Of a DNA stretch of 64,000 nucleotides, positions 1 through 9,360 are shown piece after piece. The stretch is from an uncultured Acidobacteriota bacterium (lineage in GTDB: Bacteria > Acidobacteriota > Vicinamibacteria > Fen-336), in assembly GCA_963823195.1 (NCBI GenBank), contig CAWGKR010000001.1, positions 38,559-102,558 of the forward strand, read 5' to 3'. The notes under the pieces are model-generated. The model did not search any database and had not been told where the DNA came from. It saw nothing but the letters and a program-made list of their open reading frames with translations. How positions within the stretch are numbered: the first letter of the stretch is position 1; every line of letters starts with the position of its first letter. The translations under genes and the position numbers were made by a program.

Positions 1-88
1 CGCGGCGCAGGAGCGCCGCCGACTCCTCCGCCGTGTTCTCGCCGTCCAGCTCGCGGTGCAAGAGCGCTTCGTCCACGGGCTCCGTCAT
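1..88 (-). CDS. Putative anti-sigma factor, N-terminal part (runs off window edge)
   Basis: ATG at 88 overlaps the ECF stop (ATGA). Reads MTEPVDEALLHRELDGENTAEESAALLRR, resembling the N-terminus of zf-HC2-type anti-sigma factors. Confidence 0.6.
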   Translation of the reverse strand, partial: MTEPVDEALLHRELDGENTAEESAALLRR

Positions 89-627
89 GATTCGTTTCTC
101 CAGGGCTGAAGGAGGGCTGCCAGGAGCTGGCGAGCCGTGTACAGTCGCGACTTCACGGTTCTCTCGGGGATCAGGAGGACCTCGCTCAGCTCGTCGTAGG
201 ACAGGTCCATGAAGTGCCGGAGCACCAGGACGACGCGATACTCGATGGGCAGCCTCACGAGCGCCTCCTCGATACCGCGAGAGAGTTCCTCGGCCCGGGC
301 GTGGCGTTCGGGCGTCTCTCCTGCCGCAAGCTCTTCGCCGAGAGCCTCTTGAGGCTTTCGCCTCGATCGGAAGTTGAGGCATTCGTTGATCGCGATGCGG
401 TAGAGCCAGCTGAAGAACCGATAGGTCGGGTCGAACGTGGAGAGCTTCTCGAAGGCCTTGACGAAGGCGCCCTGGGTGATGTCGCGCGCGTCCTCCCGGT
501 CTCGCACCATTCGGAGCGCCACGGTGAAGAGGGGCCCCTGGTACCGGTCCACGAGAGGGGCGAACGCCTCCGTGTCACCGGCGACACATCGTGCGACGAG
601 ATCGGCGTCTTCGGAGCCATCGACCAT
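85..627 (-). CDS. ECF RNA polymerase sigma factor (sigma-24 family)
   Basis: DADLVARCVAGDTEAFAPLV, region 2 FFSWLYRIAIN, region 4 RVVLVLRHFMDLSYDELSEVLLIPERTVKSRL. Start placed at ATG 627, not the ORF-track 888. Confidence 0.93.
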   Translation of the reverse strand: MVDGSEDADLVARCVAGDTEAFAPLVDRYQGPLFTVALRMVRDREDARDITQGAFVKAFEKLSTFDPTYRFFSWLYRIAINECLNFRSRRKPQEALGEELAAGETPERHARAEELSRGIEEALVRLPIEYRVVLVLRHFMDLSYDELSEVLLIPERTVKSRLYTARQLLAALLQPWRNES

Positions 628-736
628 AAGTACACGCGACTCGTCGGAAAGTTGCGGAGCCGGAAACGCTCTCCGACGGAAGTCCAGTTTCTTGGATGCT
701 ATCATCCTCTGCGAGCGAGCTTGAGAAGGCGGCGAG

Positions 737-1162
737 ATGGAGGTCCGTGAGACGCTCCGGGTGCCCGGCTCCTCCGAGGGCATCCGGAAGGCGGCCGAGA
801 GCCTGGATTCCTTCTGGCAGAGCCACGGCCTTCCCGAGGGGGGAGGTTGGCCCTTCCAGGTCGCTCTCGACGAGGCTATGTCCAACATCGTTCACCACGG
901 GTTCGCGGGGCGCGAAGGGGCGTCCGAGATCGAGGTCGAGTTCCGGCTCGTGGGCGGCGACGTGGAGATTGCCCTGGCCGACGACGCCCCTCCCTTCAAC
1001 CCCCTCGACGCGGCGGAGCCCGACACGGCGCGACCCGTGGAGGAGCGGCCCATCGGCGGCCTCGGTGTCGCCCTGGTTCGGAAGTTGATGGACGTCGTCG
1101 AGTACGAGCGCCGGGAGGGACGCAACCACCTGCGCCTCCGGCGAAGACCCCTGGAGATCTGA
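737..1162 (+). CDS. RsbW/SpoIIAB-like anti-sigma serine kinase (HATPase_c)
   Basis: N-box ALDEAMSNIVHHG, D-box LADDAPPFNP, G-box IGGLGVALV. Confidence 0.9.
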   Translation: MEVRETLRVPGSSEGIRKAAESLDSFWQSHGLPEGGGWPFQVALDEAMSNIVHHGFAGREGASEIEVEFRLVGGDVEIALADDAPPFNPLDAAEPDTARPVEERPIGGLGVALVRKLMDVVEYERREGRNHLRLRRRPLEI

Positions 1163-1172
1163 AGGAGCCCCG

Positions 1173-1517
1173 ATGGAGGTGCGCGAAGAGAAGGAGGAGG
1201 GCGGTGTCCTGGTGATCGCTCCGGTGGGCCGCATCGACTCGATCACGTCGGTCGAGCTGGAGGCGACGCTCTTCGCGCGCGTCGCCGCGGGCGAGACGCT
1301 CCTGGTCATCGACATGGCGGGGGTCGAGTACATCAGCAGCGCGGGCTTGCGGGTCCTCCTGAGCCTCGCGAAGAAGCTTCGGGGGCGCGGCCGCGTCGCC
1401 CTGTGCTCGCTGGGCCGCCCGGTTCGCCAGGTCTTCGAGCTGGCGGGGTTCCTGCCGCTCTTCACGATCGAGGACTCGCGCGAGCCGGCCGTCGCCCGGA
1501 TGACGAGCGCCGGCTAG
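1173..1517 (+). CDS. STAS-domain anti-sigma factor antagonist (RsbV/SpoIIAA-like)
   Basis: IDMAGVEYISSAGLRVL with the phospho-acceptor Ser; 114 aa. Confidence 0.92.
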   Translation: MEVREEKEEGGVLVIAPVGRIDSITSVELEATLFARVAAGETLLVIDMAGVEYISSAGLRVLLSLAKKLRGRGRVALCSLGRPVRQVFELAGFLPLFTIEDSREPAVARMTSAG

Positions 1518-1536
1518 GAACCGACAGGGACCTGAA

Positions 1537-3180
1537 TTGAAGGCCCTCCACCTCAAGGTGACGCCGCCACAGGGCCCTCCCTTCGACCACGAGGTGTTGG
1601 GCTCGTCCCTCGTCGTGGGGCGCTCCCGGACCGCGGACCTCTCGATCGCGGATCAATTCCTGTCGCGGGTCCACGCGCGCTTTCTTCTGGAGGGCGCCGA
1701 TTGGTTCCTGGAGAGCCTCGGCTCCCACAACCCCACGCTGCGGAACGGCCAGCCCGTGGTCGCGCGGGTGCGTCTCGCTCCAGGAGACGTGCTGAGCCTG
1801 GGAGGGACCCGGATCGCAATCGAAGCCGAGCCCGCCGAGGGCGGGCCGGGAGAGATGGCCATGACCCAGATGTTCCGGCCCGCTTCGGAGCTGATGGACG
1901 CCGACGCCACCGCCAGCCGCCACGACGCGGGGCCGGAGGCCACCCTCGCACGAGTCACCTCGAGGCTGAAGCTCGTCAACGAGGTGCACCGCGCCTTCTC
2001 GCGCTCTCCGAGCCAGGATGCCCTCCTCGAGCTGATCCTGGACCACGCCTTCGACCACCTCCGGCCCGAGGAGGGGGCGATCTTCCTCGGCCCGCCCGGC
2101 GCGGACCTGAAGCGGGCGGCGAGCCGCCGCCTCGAGGGGGCCGCCCGGGAGTTTCTCTACTCGCGGAGCCTCGCGCGCCAGGTGACCGAGAAAGGACTGG
2201 CCGCCCTCGTCGAGGACGCCCTGGGCGACGCTCGCTTCGCCACCTCCGAGAGCATCGTGCTCTCGGGCGCGCGCAGCATCGTGGCGGCGCCGCTGCTGGA
2301 CGGCGAGGGGTGCCTCGGCATGATCGTCCTGGCGTCGCGGTCCCGCATCCATCGCTTCTCGGAGGACGACCTCGAGCTCCTCGTCTCCCTGGCGTCGGCC
2401 GCCGCGCTTCGCATCCGCAACTTCGGCCTCGCCGAGAAGACCGCGCGCCACCAGCTCCTGGAGAAGGAGCTGGCCCTGGCCCACGACATCCAGATGGGGA
2501 TGCTGCCGAAGGAGTTTCCGAGCCGCGCCGAGTTCGAGCTGGCCGCCGCCATGCGCCCCGCCCACTCGGTGGGGGGAGACCTCTACGAGTTCCTCGCCGA
2601 CGAGGAGCGTCTGTGGTTCATCGTCGGAGACGTTTCGGGGAAGGGCGTGGCCGCGGCGCTTCTCATGGCCGTGACCAAGACGCTGTTCCGCGCCTTCGTC
2701 CAGACCGAGGCGTCCCTCTCGGCCGCGATGGCCCGGATGAACCGCGAGCTCTGCCGCGAGAACGAGCGATCCATGTTCGTCACGGCCTTCGCCGGCTGTC
2801 TCAGCGTGCGTACCGGCGCGCTGGAGGTCGCCAACGCGGGGCACAGCATTCCGTATCGCGTCGGGGCCGATGGCTCCCCCCGTCGAGTCACGGAAGGAGC
2901 CGGGATGGCGCTGGGGGTGGTCGAGGATTTCGCCTACACCACGGGAGCCCTCCGGCTCGGCCACGGCGAGAGCCTCTTCCTCTACACCGACGGCGTCACC
3001 GAGGCGCGCGATCCCGGCGGCGGCGAGTTCTCCGAGCCGCGCCTCGAGGCGAGTCTGCGCCGTATGGCGGGGGCGTCGGCGACCGAGCTCGTGGAAGGCA
3101 TCCTGGGCGAGGTCCAGGCCTTCGCCGGCACGGGTCCACCCCACGACGACGTCACGGCGCTGGCGATTCGATACCTCTAG
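1537..3180 (+). CDS. FHA-GAF-SpoIIE (PP2C-type) serine phosphatase
   Basis: FHA (VVGRS..LSRVHA..SHN), GAF (SIVAAPL..RFSEDDLELL), PP2C (VGGDLY, GDVSGKG, FVTA, NAGH, YTDGVTEA, DDVT). Confidence 0.92.
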   Translation: MKALHLKVTPPQGPPFDHEVLGSSLVVGRSRTADLSIADQFLSRVHARFLLEGADWFLESLGSHNPTLRNGQPVVARVRLAPGDVLSLGGTRIAIEAEPAEGGPGEMAMTQMFRPASELMDADATASRHDAGPEATLARVTSRLKLVNEVHRAFSRSPSQDALLELILDHAFDHLRPEEGAIFLGPPGADLKRAASRRLEGAAREFLYSRSLARQVTEKGLAALVEDALGDARFATSESIVLSGARSIVAAPLLDGEGCLGMIVLASRSRIHRFSEDDLELLVSLASAAALRIRNFGLAEKTARHQLLEKELALAHDIQMGMLPKEFPSRAEFELAAAMRPAHSVGGDLYEFLADEERLWFIVGDVSGKGVAAALLMAVTKTLFRAFVQTEASLSAAMARMNRELCRENERSMFVTAFAGCLSVRTGALEVANAGHSIPYRVGADGSPRRVTEGAGMALGVVEDFAYTTGALRLGHGESLFLYTDGVTEARDPGGGEFSEPRLEASLRRMAGASATELVEGILGEVQAFAGTGPPHDDVTALAIRYL

Positions 3181-5452
3181 AGGTCGCTCGGGCTTGCTTG
3201 GCCCGTACTCCCGCGGCGACGGAGGGGAAGCGCGCCTCGCGTCGCAGAGCCTCGCACGCCGGGTCGTAGAGGATCGCCCACCAGGCCAGGGCGTTCCGTT
3301 CCTCGCAGGCCCTTTCGCAGGCCCGGAAGGCCGCGTCCCAATCGCGAAGGTGGACGAGCGCGGGCAGGAGGAAGTTCGGCGCGACGTATTCTCGGCCCGC
3401 CCGCTCGTCGAGCGCGGCCAGCACCTGCCGCGCATCCTGTGTTCGGCCGGAGGCGGCGTAGGCCAGCGCCAGCACGCTCTGGCCGAAGCTCGAGCCGGCG
3501 ACGGCGGCCAGCTCTTCGGCCGCCGCGACGGCCTCGTCGGGCCGACCGAGCCCCGCCTCGCAACGGCTGAGGCCCGAGAGCGGCAGCGGGGCCCTCGGGT
3601 CGATCTCGAGCCCCCGCCGAAATTCCTCGCGCGCCTCTTCGAAACGGCGGGCGGTCAGGAGCGACCAGCCGGCCACGCTCACGGCGTAGGGCGACAAGGG
3701 GTCGAGGCGCGCCGCCTCACGGGCGAGGGGCAGGGCCGCCTCGAGGCCGCCTCGCAGGCCCTGGAGCAGGGACATCCAATAGCGAGGGGCGGAGGCCCTC
3801 GGGCTCCGCTTGAGGGCGAGCGAGAGCTCGCGCTCCTCGCGCTCGAAGTCCCAGCCGAAGTAGTGCTCGATGATCCCCATCGAGAGGTTGGCTTCGGCGG
3901 ACTCGGGGGCCAGCTCCCGCGCGCGCTCGCCGGCCGCCCGCGCACGGGCGTAGGCCACGCGTGTGTCGATGCCGCCGTAGAAGGCGTGGATGCCGTAGGA
4001 GTCGGCCAGGCCCGTGTACGCCGATGCGAATTCGGGATCGCGGGCGATCGCCTCCTCGAACCTCCCGATCGCCTGCGGCGCCGCGCGCAGGTTGAAGGCG
4101 TGCCGCCCCTTCAGGTACAGGTCGTAGGCCTCGGCATCCCGCGTCGGGGGCGCCTCGCGCCGTCCTTCCGGAGGGCCCGTCAGGGTGACCCTCAGCCTCG
4201 CGGCGATCGCGGCGGCGATCTCGTCCTGGATGGCGAAGACGTCGGTGGCGTCCCTGTCGTATCGCTCGGACCAGACGTGGTGCCCGTCCCGGGCGTCGAT
4301 GAGCTGCGCCGTGATCCGGAGGCGACTCCCGCCACGGCGGACGCTCCCTTCGAGCACCGAGGAGACGCCCAGGGCCTGGGCGATCCGCCGCAGGTCCTCG
4401 CTCTTGCCCTTGAAGGCGAAGGAAGAGGTGCGGGCCGCAACCCTCAGCCCCGGAAGCTGCATGAGCGCGTTGATGATCTCCTCGGTCATGCCGTCGCTGA
4501 AGTACTCGGTGTCGGGGTCCGGGCTCATGTTGGAGAACGGCAGGACGGCGATCGAGGGAGTCTCGTCCTGCCCGGCCTCGAGAAAGGCGGACGAGGAGGG
4601 CGCCCTCAGCGCTTCGAGGGCGAAAGCCAGGTCTGCGGCGCTCTGGAACCGCGCGTCGGGGGACTTGTTCAGGCATCGCGCGACGAGCCGGGCCAGGGCC
4701 GGAGAGGCCTCGTGTTCGAGGCGATCCAGGCCCCGCGGCTCGTCCACCAGGATCGCGGACAGCCCCTCGACCGGCGAGCCCCGGGCGAACGCCCGCTCCC
4801 CGCTCACCATCTCGCAGAGGACGACCCCCAGGGCGAAGATGTCCGATCGCGCGTCGGCGGGCCGGCCCCGCGCCTGCTCCGGGGACATGTAGCCGACCGT
4901 GCCGAGGACCGTTCCCGGCACCGTCTTTCGGGACACCGTGGGCGCGTCGGCGCTCTCCTGCGCGCCCGATTCCAGGGCCTGTCGGGCCAGGCCGAAGTCG
5001 AGGATCTTGAGGAAGCCATCCTGGGTCACCAGGAGGTTCTCGGGCTTGAGATCGCGATGGACGACGCTTTTCGCGTGGGCCGCCGCCAGCCCCCGTGCTG
5101 CCTGGAGTGCCAGGTCCACGGCGCTCCGGGCGACGAGGGGGCCCGAATCCAGGCGTTCGCGCAGAGTCTCGCCCTCGACGAGCTCCATTACGAGATAGTG
5201 GATTCCGTCTTCGCAGCCGACGTCGAAGATCGCGACGATGTTCGGATGGGACAACGACGCGACGGTCTGGGCCTCGAGCTCGAAGCGCGCCAGGGCATTG
5301 GGGCTCTTCGCGAGGGACTCTGGAACGAGCTTCAGGGCCACGTCGCGGCGCAGCCGCGAGTCCCGCGCCCGGTACACCTCGCCCATGCCCCCCGCCCCGA
5401 GGGGTGAGAGGATCTCGTACGGCCCCAATTTCGTCCCGACTTGCAGGGTCAT
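3152..5452 (-). CDS. Hanks-type Ser/Thr protein kinase with TolB-like and TPR domains
   Basis: LGAGGMGEVY, VALK, HRDLKPEN, DFG, GTVGYMSPEQ, followed by SIAVLPFSNMS..YFSDGMTEEII and TPR-like helices. Start MTLQVG at 5452. Confidence 0.93.
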   Translation of the reverse strand: MTLQVGTKLGPYEILSPLGAGGMGEVYRARDSRLRRDVALKLVPESLAKSPNALARFELEAQTVASLSHPNIVAIFDVGCEDGIHYLVMELVEGETLRERLDSGPLVARSAVDLALQAARGLAAAHAKSVVHRDLKPENLLVTQDGFLKILDFGLARQALESGAQESADAPTVSRKTVPGTVLGTVGYMSPEQARGRPADARSDIFALGVVLCEMVSGERAFARGSPVEGLSAILVDEPRGLDRLEHEASPALARLVARCLNKSPDARFQSAADLAFALEALRAPSSSAFLEAGQDETPSIAVLPFSNMSPDPDTEYFSDGMTEEIINALMQLPGLRVAARTSSFAFKGKSEDLRRIAQALGVSSVLEGSVRRGGSRLRITAQLIDARDGHHVWSERYDRDATDVFAIQDEIAAAIAARLRVTLTGPPEGRREAPPTRDAEAYDLYLKGRHAFNLRAAPQAIGRFEEAIARDPEFASAYTGLADSYGIHAFYGGIDTRVAYARARAAGERARELAPESAEANLSMGIIEHYFGWDFEREERELSLALKRSPRASAPRYWMSLLQGLRGGLEAALPLAREAARLDPLSPYAVSVAGWSLLTARRFEEAREEFRRGLEIDPRAPLPLSGLSRCEAGLGRPDEAVAAAEELAAVAGSSFGQSVLALAYAASGRTQDARQVLAALDERAGREYVAPNFLLPALVHLRDWDAAFRACERACEERNALAWWAILYDPACEALRREARFPSVAAGVRAKQARATSRGIESPAP

Positions 5453-5601
5453 GATCGAGCGAACCGAAACGTCGATTCTAACGCCGAGGATCCCGGCGTG
5501 GCGGAACACCGCCGAGATGTCCGTCCTCCCGATCCGAAGTCGTTGACCCAAAACAGCTTGGTGATTGGCCCCGGAACGAAGGCCTGGCGGCGAGCTAACC
5601 G

Positions 5602-6204
5602 ATGGGCGTAGCCTCGCGTCTCATGGAGCGGATGGAGAGGAGCGACGCGGAGGCGGCGGCCCGAGCGCGCGACGGGGACACGGAGGCTTTCCGGGTTCTC
5701 GTCGAGCGCCACAGCCCCCTCGTGTTCCGGGTCGCCTACCGCTTGACGGGGAACGAGCACGATGCGGAAGACGTGGTCCAGGAGACGTTCTTGCGAGCCT
5801 ACAGCCGCCTCGAGCTCTTCGAGGAGCGCTCGCACTTCGGGAGCTGGCTCTATCGCATCGCCGCCAACTGCTCCTACGACGTGCTGCGGCGTCGGGCGCG
5901 CACCGACAAGCGCTTCGCGCCGAGCGACGATCTCGAGGACGGCTCCGACCGGTTCCCTTCGGAGGACCCCGCCCCGGATCGCCTCGCCTTCGGCGCAGAG
6001 GTGCGGCGACGGTTGGAGATGGCCTTGGAACGCCTGAGCGCGTCGGAGCGGTCGGCCTTCGTTCTCCGCCACTTCGAAGGCATGTCCATCGAGGAGATCG
6101 GAGGGGCCCTCGATCTGGACACGAGCGCCACCAAGCACAGCATCTTTCGGGCCGTGAAGAAGGTGCGGCGCGCCCTGGCGCCGTTCGCGGGCACGACGGC
6201 ATGA
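5602..6204 (+). CDS. ECF RNA polymerase sigma factor
   Basis: DAEDVVQETFLRAY, FGSWLYRIAAN, AFVLRHFEGMSIEEIG. True start may be 5623 or 5632. Confidence 0.92.
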   Translation: MGVASRLMERMERSDAEAAARARDGDTEAFRVLVERHSPLVFRVAYRLTGNEHDAEDVVQETFLRAYSRLELFEERSHFGSWLYRIAANCSYDVLRRRARTDKRFAPSDDLEDGSDRFPSEDPAPDRLAFGAEVRRRLEMALERLSASERSAFVLRHFEGMSIEEIGGALDLDTSATKHSIFRAVKKVRRALAPFAGTTA

Positions 6205-6959
6205 AGCACCTGGAGCCGGACGATCTCATCCTCGAGTTCTACGGCGAGCACGGAGAAGGCGATGCCGTGCGGGCCCACCTCGAGGCGTGCGCCGAGTGCG
6301 CCGCTTCCTACGACAGCCTTCGCAAGGATCTGGCCGCCGTGACGCTCGACGCGCCGGTGCGCGGTGAGGACTACGGTCGCCGGGTGTGGGAGCGTCTGGA
6401 GCCTGCCCTGGGACGGCGTGCCGCGGCCCTTCCTTCGTCGGAGGCGGTCCGGCGCCGCCCTGCGCTCCGCCGAGCCGGCGCCTTTCTTGCGATGGCCGCG
6501 GCGCTGGTGATCGCGTTCCTCTTCGGCCGAAGGATGGGACCAGAGCCGGCGGCGAACACGGCGGCGGCCACCGGCGAGCGCGTGCTGCTCGTGGCGGTGG
6601 GCGACCACCTCGAGCGCTCGCGCGTGATCTTGCTGGAGCTGGCCCACGCCGATCCCGACCACCCACTCGACGTGTCGTCGCGCCGCGTGCGGGCGGAGCA
6701 GCTTCTGGACGCGAGCCGGCTCTACCGCCAGAGCGCGGAGCGCGCCGGCGAAGCCGGGATCGCCAGCGTGCTGGGAGACGTGGAGCGCGTCCTCGCCGAG
6801 GTGGCCAACGCTCCCGAGACCCTGTCGTCCCCAGACGTGCGCGACCTCGGCGAGCGCATCGAGAGCGACGGGCTGCTCTTCAAGGTCCAGGTCCTGGGTT
6901 CGCAGGTGAAAGAACGGCAGCGGAGCCCCCGGAGCGGGGCTCCTGGTTCTGTTTCGTGA
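6201..6959 (+). CDS. Membrane-anchored zinc-binding anti-sigma factor
   Basis: ATGA overlap with the ECF stop; ZAS motif HLEACAEC; TM segment AFLAMAAALVIAFLFG; C-terminal helical domain. Confidence 0.8.
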   Translation: MKHLEPDDLILEFYGEHGEGDAVRAHLEACAECAASYDSLRKDLAAVTLDAPVRGEDYGRRVWERLEPALGRRAAALPSSEAVRRRPALRRAGAFLAMAAALVIAFLFGRRMGPEPAANTAAATGERVLLVAVGDHLERSRVILLELAHADPDHPLDVSSRRVRAEQLLDASRLYRQSAERAGEAGIASVLGDVERVLAEVANAPETLSSPDVRDLGERIESDGLLFKVQVLGSQVKERQRSPRSGAPGSVS

Positions 6960-6985
6960 CGCTCGGGAAGAAAGAGGGAAATCGG

Positions 6986-8221
6986 ATGAAGACCGGATGG
7001 TTGTTGGCGGGTGCGCTGGCGATGGCGTGGACGGTCGTGGGCGCCGTGGCCCCAGCCGTTGCCGAAGTGGAGACGGGAGACGCCGCGGCCGACGCGAAGC
7101 GGGACGCCGAGACCGCCGCATACGACCGCGGGACGGCGTCGATCGACGCGGGGCACTGGGGCGACGCCATCACGGCGTTCGAGGACGTCGCGCGCGGCGC
7201 CGGGCGCCGGGCCGACGGCGCCCTGTATTGGAAGGCCTACGCCCAGAGCAAGGCCGGGCAGCGTCCTGCGGCGCTCGCCACGCTCCAGGCCCTCGAGAAG
7301 GCTTATCCCCAGAGCCGTTGGCTCAAGGAGGGGAAGGCGTTGGAGCTCGAGATGCGTCAGGCGTCGGGGCAGGCGCCGCGACCCGAGGGAGAGGCCGACG
7401 AGGACCTGAAGCTCCTGGCCCTGAACTCCCTCATGGGCGCCGACCCCGAGCGCGCCATGCCCATGCTCGAGAAGATGCTCTCCTCCGGGTCGTCCCCGAA
7501 GCTGCGCGAGCGGGCGCTCTTCGTCCTGGCCCAGAGCGGCTCTCCGAAAGCGCGCGAGATCCTCGTGCGCACGGCGAAGGACGCGTCGAACCCCGAGCTG
7601 CAGCGCAAGGGCATCGAGTTCCTGGCGCTCTTCGGCGGGCCCGAGAGCCGTCAGACCCTCGAAGGTCTCTACACCTCCGCCTCGAGCCAGGAGGTGAAGA
7701 AGCAGATCCTCCACACCTATCTCATCACCGGAGACAAGACCCGTGCCCTTGCGGCGGCCCGCGGCGAGAAGGACCCCGAGCTGCGGCGCGAGGCGATCCA
7801 CATGCTCGGCGCCATGGGCGCGCAGGAGGAGGCCTGGGAGCTCTACCGCACCGAGACGTCCCCCGAGCTGCGCAAGGCCCTCCTCCAGGCGCTCTTCATC
7901 GGCGGCGCCGCCGACAGGATCGGCGAGCTGGCGCGCACCGAGAAGGACCCGGAGCTGCGGCGGGAGGCCGTTCGGACCCTGGGGTTGCTGGGACGCGAGC
8001 GGACCGGCGCGACCCTCGTGAGCCTCTACGCGTCCGAGACGGATGGCCAGATCAAGCGCGCGGCGCTCCAGGGGCTCTTCGTCCAGGGTAACGCCGAGGC
8101 GCTCGTGGAGATTGCCCGCAAGGAGAAGGACCGCGACCTCCGGAACGAGGCCGTGGCCCACCTCTCCCACATGAACTCGAAGGTCGGGACCGACTTCATG
8201 CTCGAGATCCTGAACAAATGA
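6986..8221 (+). CDS. Secreted TPR + HEAT-repeat protein
   Basis: Signal peptide MKTGWLLAGALAMAW; BamD-like TPR (ALYWKAYAQ..YPQSRW); repeated ARxEKDPELRREA units. Confidence 0.8.
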   Translation: MKTGWLLAGALAMAWTVVGAVAPAVAEVETGDAAADAKRDAETAAYDRGTASIDAGHWGDAITAFEDVARGAGRRADGALYWKAYAQSKAGQRPAALATLQALEKAYPQSRWLKEGKALELEMRQASGQAPRPEGEADEDLKLLALNSLMGADPERAMPMLEKMLSSGSSPKLRERALFVLAQSGSPKAREILVRTAKDASNPELQRKGIEFLALFGGPESRQTLEGLYTSASSQEVKKQILHTYLITGDKTRALAAARGEKDPELRREAIHMLGAMGAQEEAWELYRTETSPELRKALLQALFIGGAADRIGELARTEKDPELRREAVRTLGLLGRERTGATLVSLYASETDGQIKRAALQGLFVQGNAEALVEIARKEKDRDLRNEAVAHLSHMNSKVGTDFMLEILNK

Positions 8222-9321
8222 AGGGTGCTGCGGTGAGTGGTCCCAGGCTCCTGCTGTTGGCCCTCGCAGCCCTCGGCGCCCATGTCGCCCCCGGCGACGC
8301 GGCGTCCCCCGGTGCGTTCGTGAACGCCCAGGTCTCGAGCCTGGCCGCCGGCAACCTGGCTGAGACGTTCGAGTCCCTGAGAGCCGCTGCCCAAGGGCCG
8401 ATGTGGATCGGCTACGCCGTGCCCGCCACCGAAGGGAACCACACCGCGTGTGACGAGTGCTGCGGCGGCGGGACGGGCTGCGGCGGCCGTTGCCGTCTGG
8501 AGGAGGGGCACGGGTCGTCGGTCCAGAACGAGGCGGCCGTCGACGCGTCCCGGCCAGCGCGGCTCGAGGGCTCCCCCGAGATCCAGATCCTCTGGCGTGT
8601 GGCGGGACGGGAGGTCTCGAAGGTTCGCACCTTCGCGGCCACCTGCACGCTCGATGGCGGGGGGCTCCCGGTCCGCTGGCTCACCGACGTGAAGCCCGCG
8701 GAGAGCCTGGCGCTGCTCGCATCGTTCGTGGACCCGCCCCGCGGGGGAGGGCGCGACCTGTCCAACGGGGCCGTGACCGCGATCGCACTTCACGCCGACC
8801 CCGGCGCGGACACGCTCCTCGAGCGCTTTGCGGCGGCCGGCAGGCCCTTCGAGCTCCGGAAGAACGCTCTCTTCTGGATGGGCGTGGCCCGCGGCCACCG
8901 CGGCTTCGAGGACCTGCGACGCGCCGCCCAGGGGGACCCCGACCCGCGCGTGCGCGAGCACGTCATGTTCGCGTTGACCCAGTGCCGGGAGCCCGAGGCG
9001 GTCGAGATCGTCGTGGCCAGCGCCCACGACGACTCGAGCCCCCAGGTGCGGAGCCAGGCGCTGTTCTGGCTGTCCCAGAAGGCGGGGCAGCGTGCCGTGG
9101 GCGCCATCGCGAAGGCCATCGAGGACGATCTGGATACCGAGGTGAAGACGAAGGCTGTCTTCGCTCTCACCCAGCTTCCGAAGGACCAGGGCGTCCCCCT
9201 CCTGATCCAACAGGCGCGCGGGAGCCACAACCGCGAGGTGCGGAAGCAGGCCCTCTTCTGGCTCGGCCAGTCGGGGGATCCGCGGGCGCTGGCGCTCTTC
9301 GAAGAGATCCTGAGGCCCTAG
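8218..9321 (+). CDS. Secreted HEAT-repeat protein with Cys-rich N-terminal loop
   Basis: Hydrophobic leader; CDECCGGGTGCGGRC; HEAT units (VRSQALFWLSQ, VRKQALFWLGQ). Confidence 0.8.
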   Translation: MKGAAVSGPRLLLLALAALGAHVAPGDAASPGAFVNAQVSSLAAGNLAETFESLRAAAQGPMWIGYAVPATEGNHTACDECCGGGTGCGGRCRLEEGHGSSVQNEAAVDASRPARLEGSPEIQILWRVAGREVSKVRTFAATCTLDGGGLPVRWLTDVKPAESLALLASFVDPPRGGGRDLSNGAVTAIALHADPGADTLLERFAAAGRPFELRKNALFWMGVARGHRGFEDLRRAAQGDPDPRVREHVMFALTQCREPEAVEIVVASAHDDSSPQVRSQALFWLSQKAGQRAVGAIAKAIEDDLDTEVKTKAVFALTQLPKDQGVPLLIQQARGSHNREVRKQALFWLGQSGDPRALALFEEILRP

Positions 9322-9360
9322 CGCTCCGGACGAGGAGTTGGCCTACCATTCGTCGAAGAC

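Noticed and set aside
628-656. ECF autoregulatory promoter GCAAC..CGTGTA (- strand)
   Set aside because: The spacer is only 14 nt, shorter than the usual ~16-17. A similar GCTAAC-N17-CGTCTC at ~5594-5622 is plausible but unsupported without group-specific motifs.
2870-5407. Long antisense ORFs (also 1462..3435, 13575..15317, 35665..38730, 42149..43960, 58446..61739, 61730..63742)
   Set aside because: Shadow ORFs opposite motif-supported genes in high-GC DNA; no recognisable motifs.
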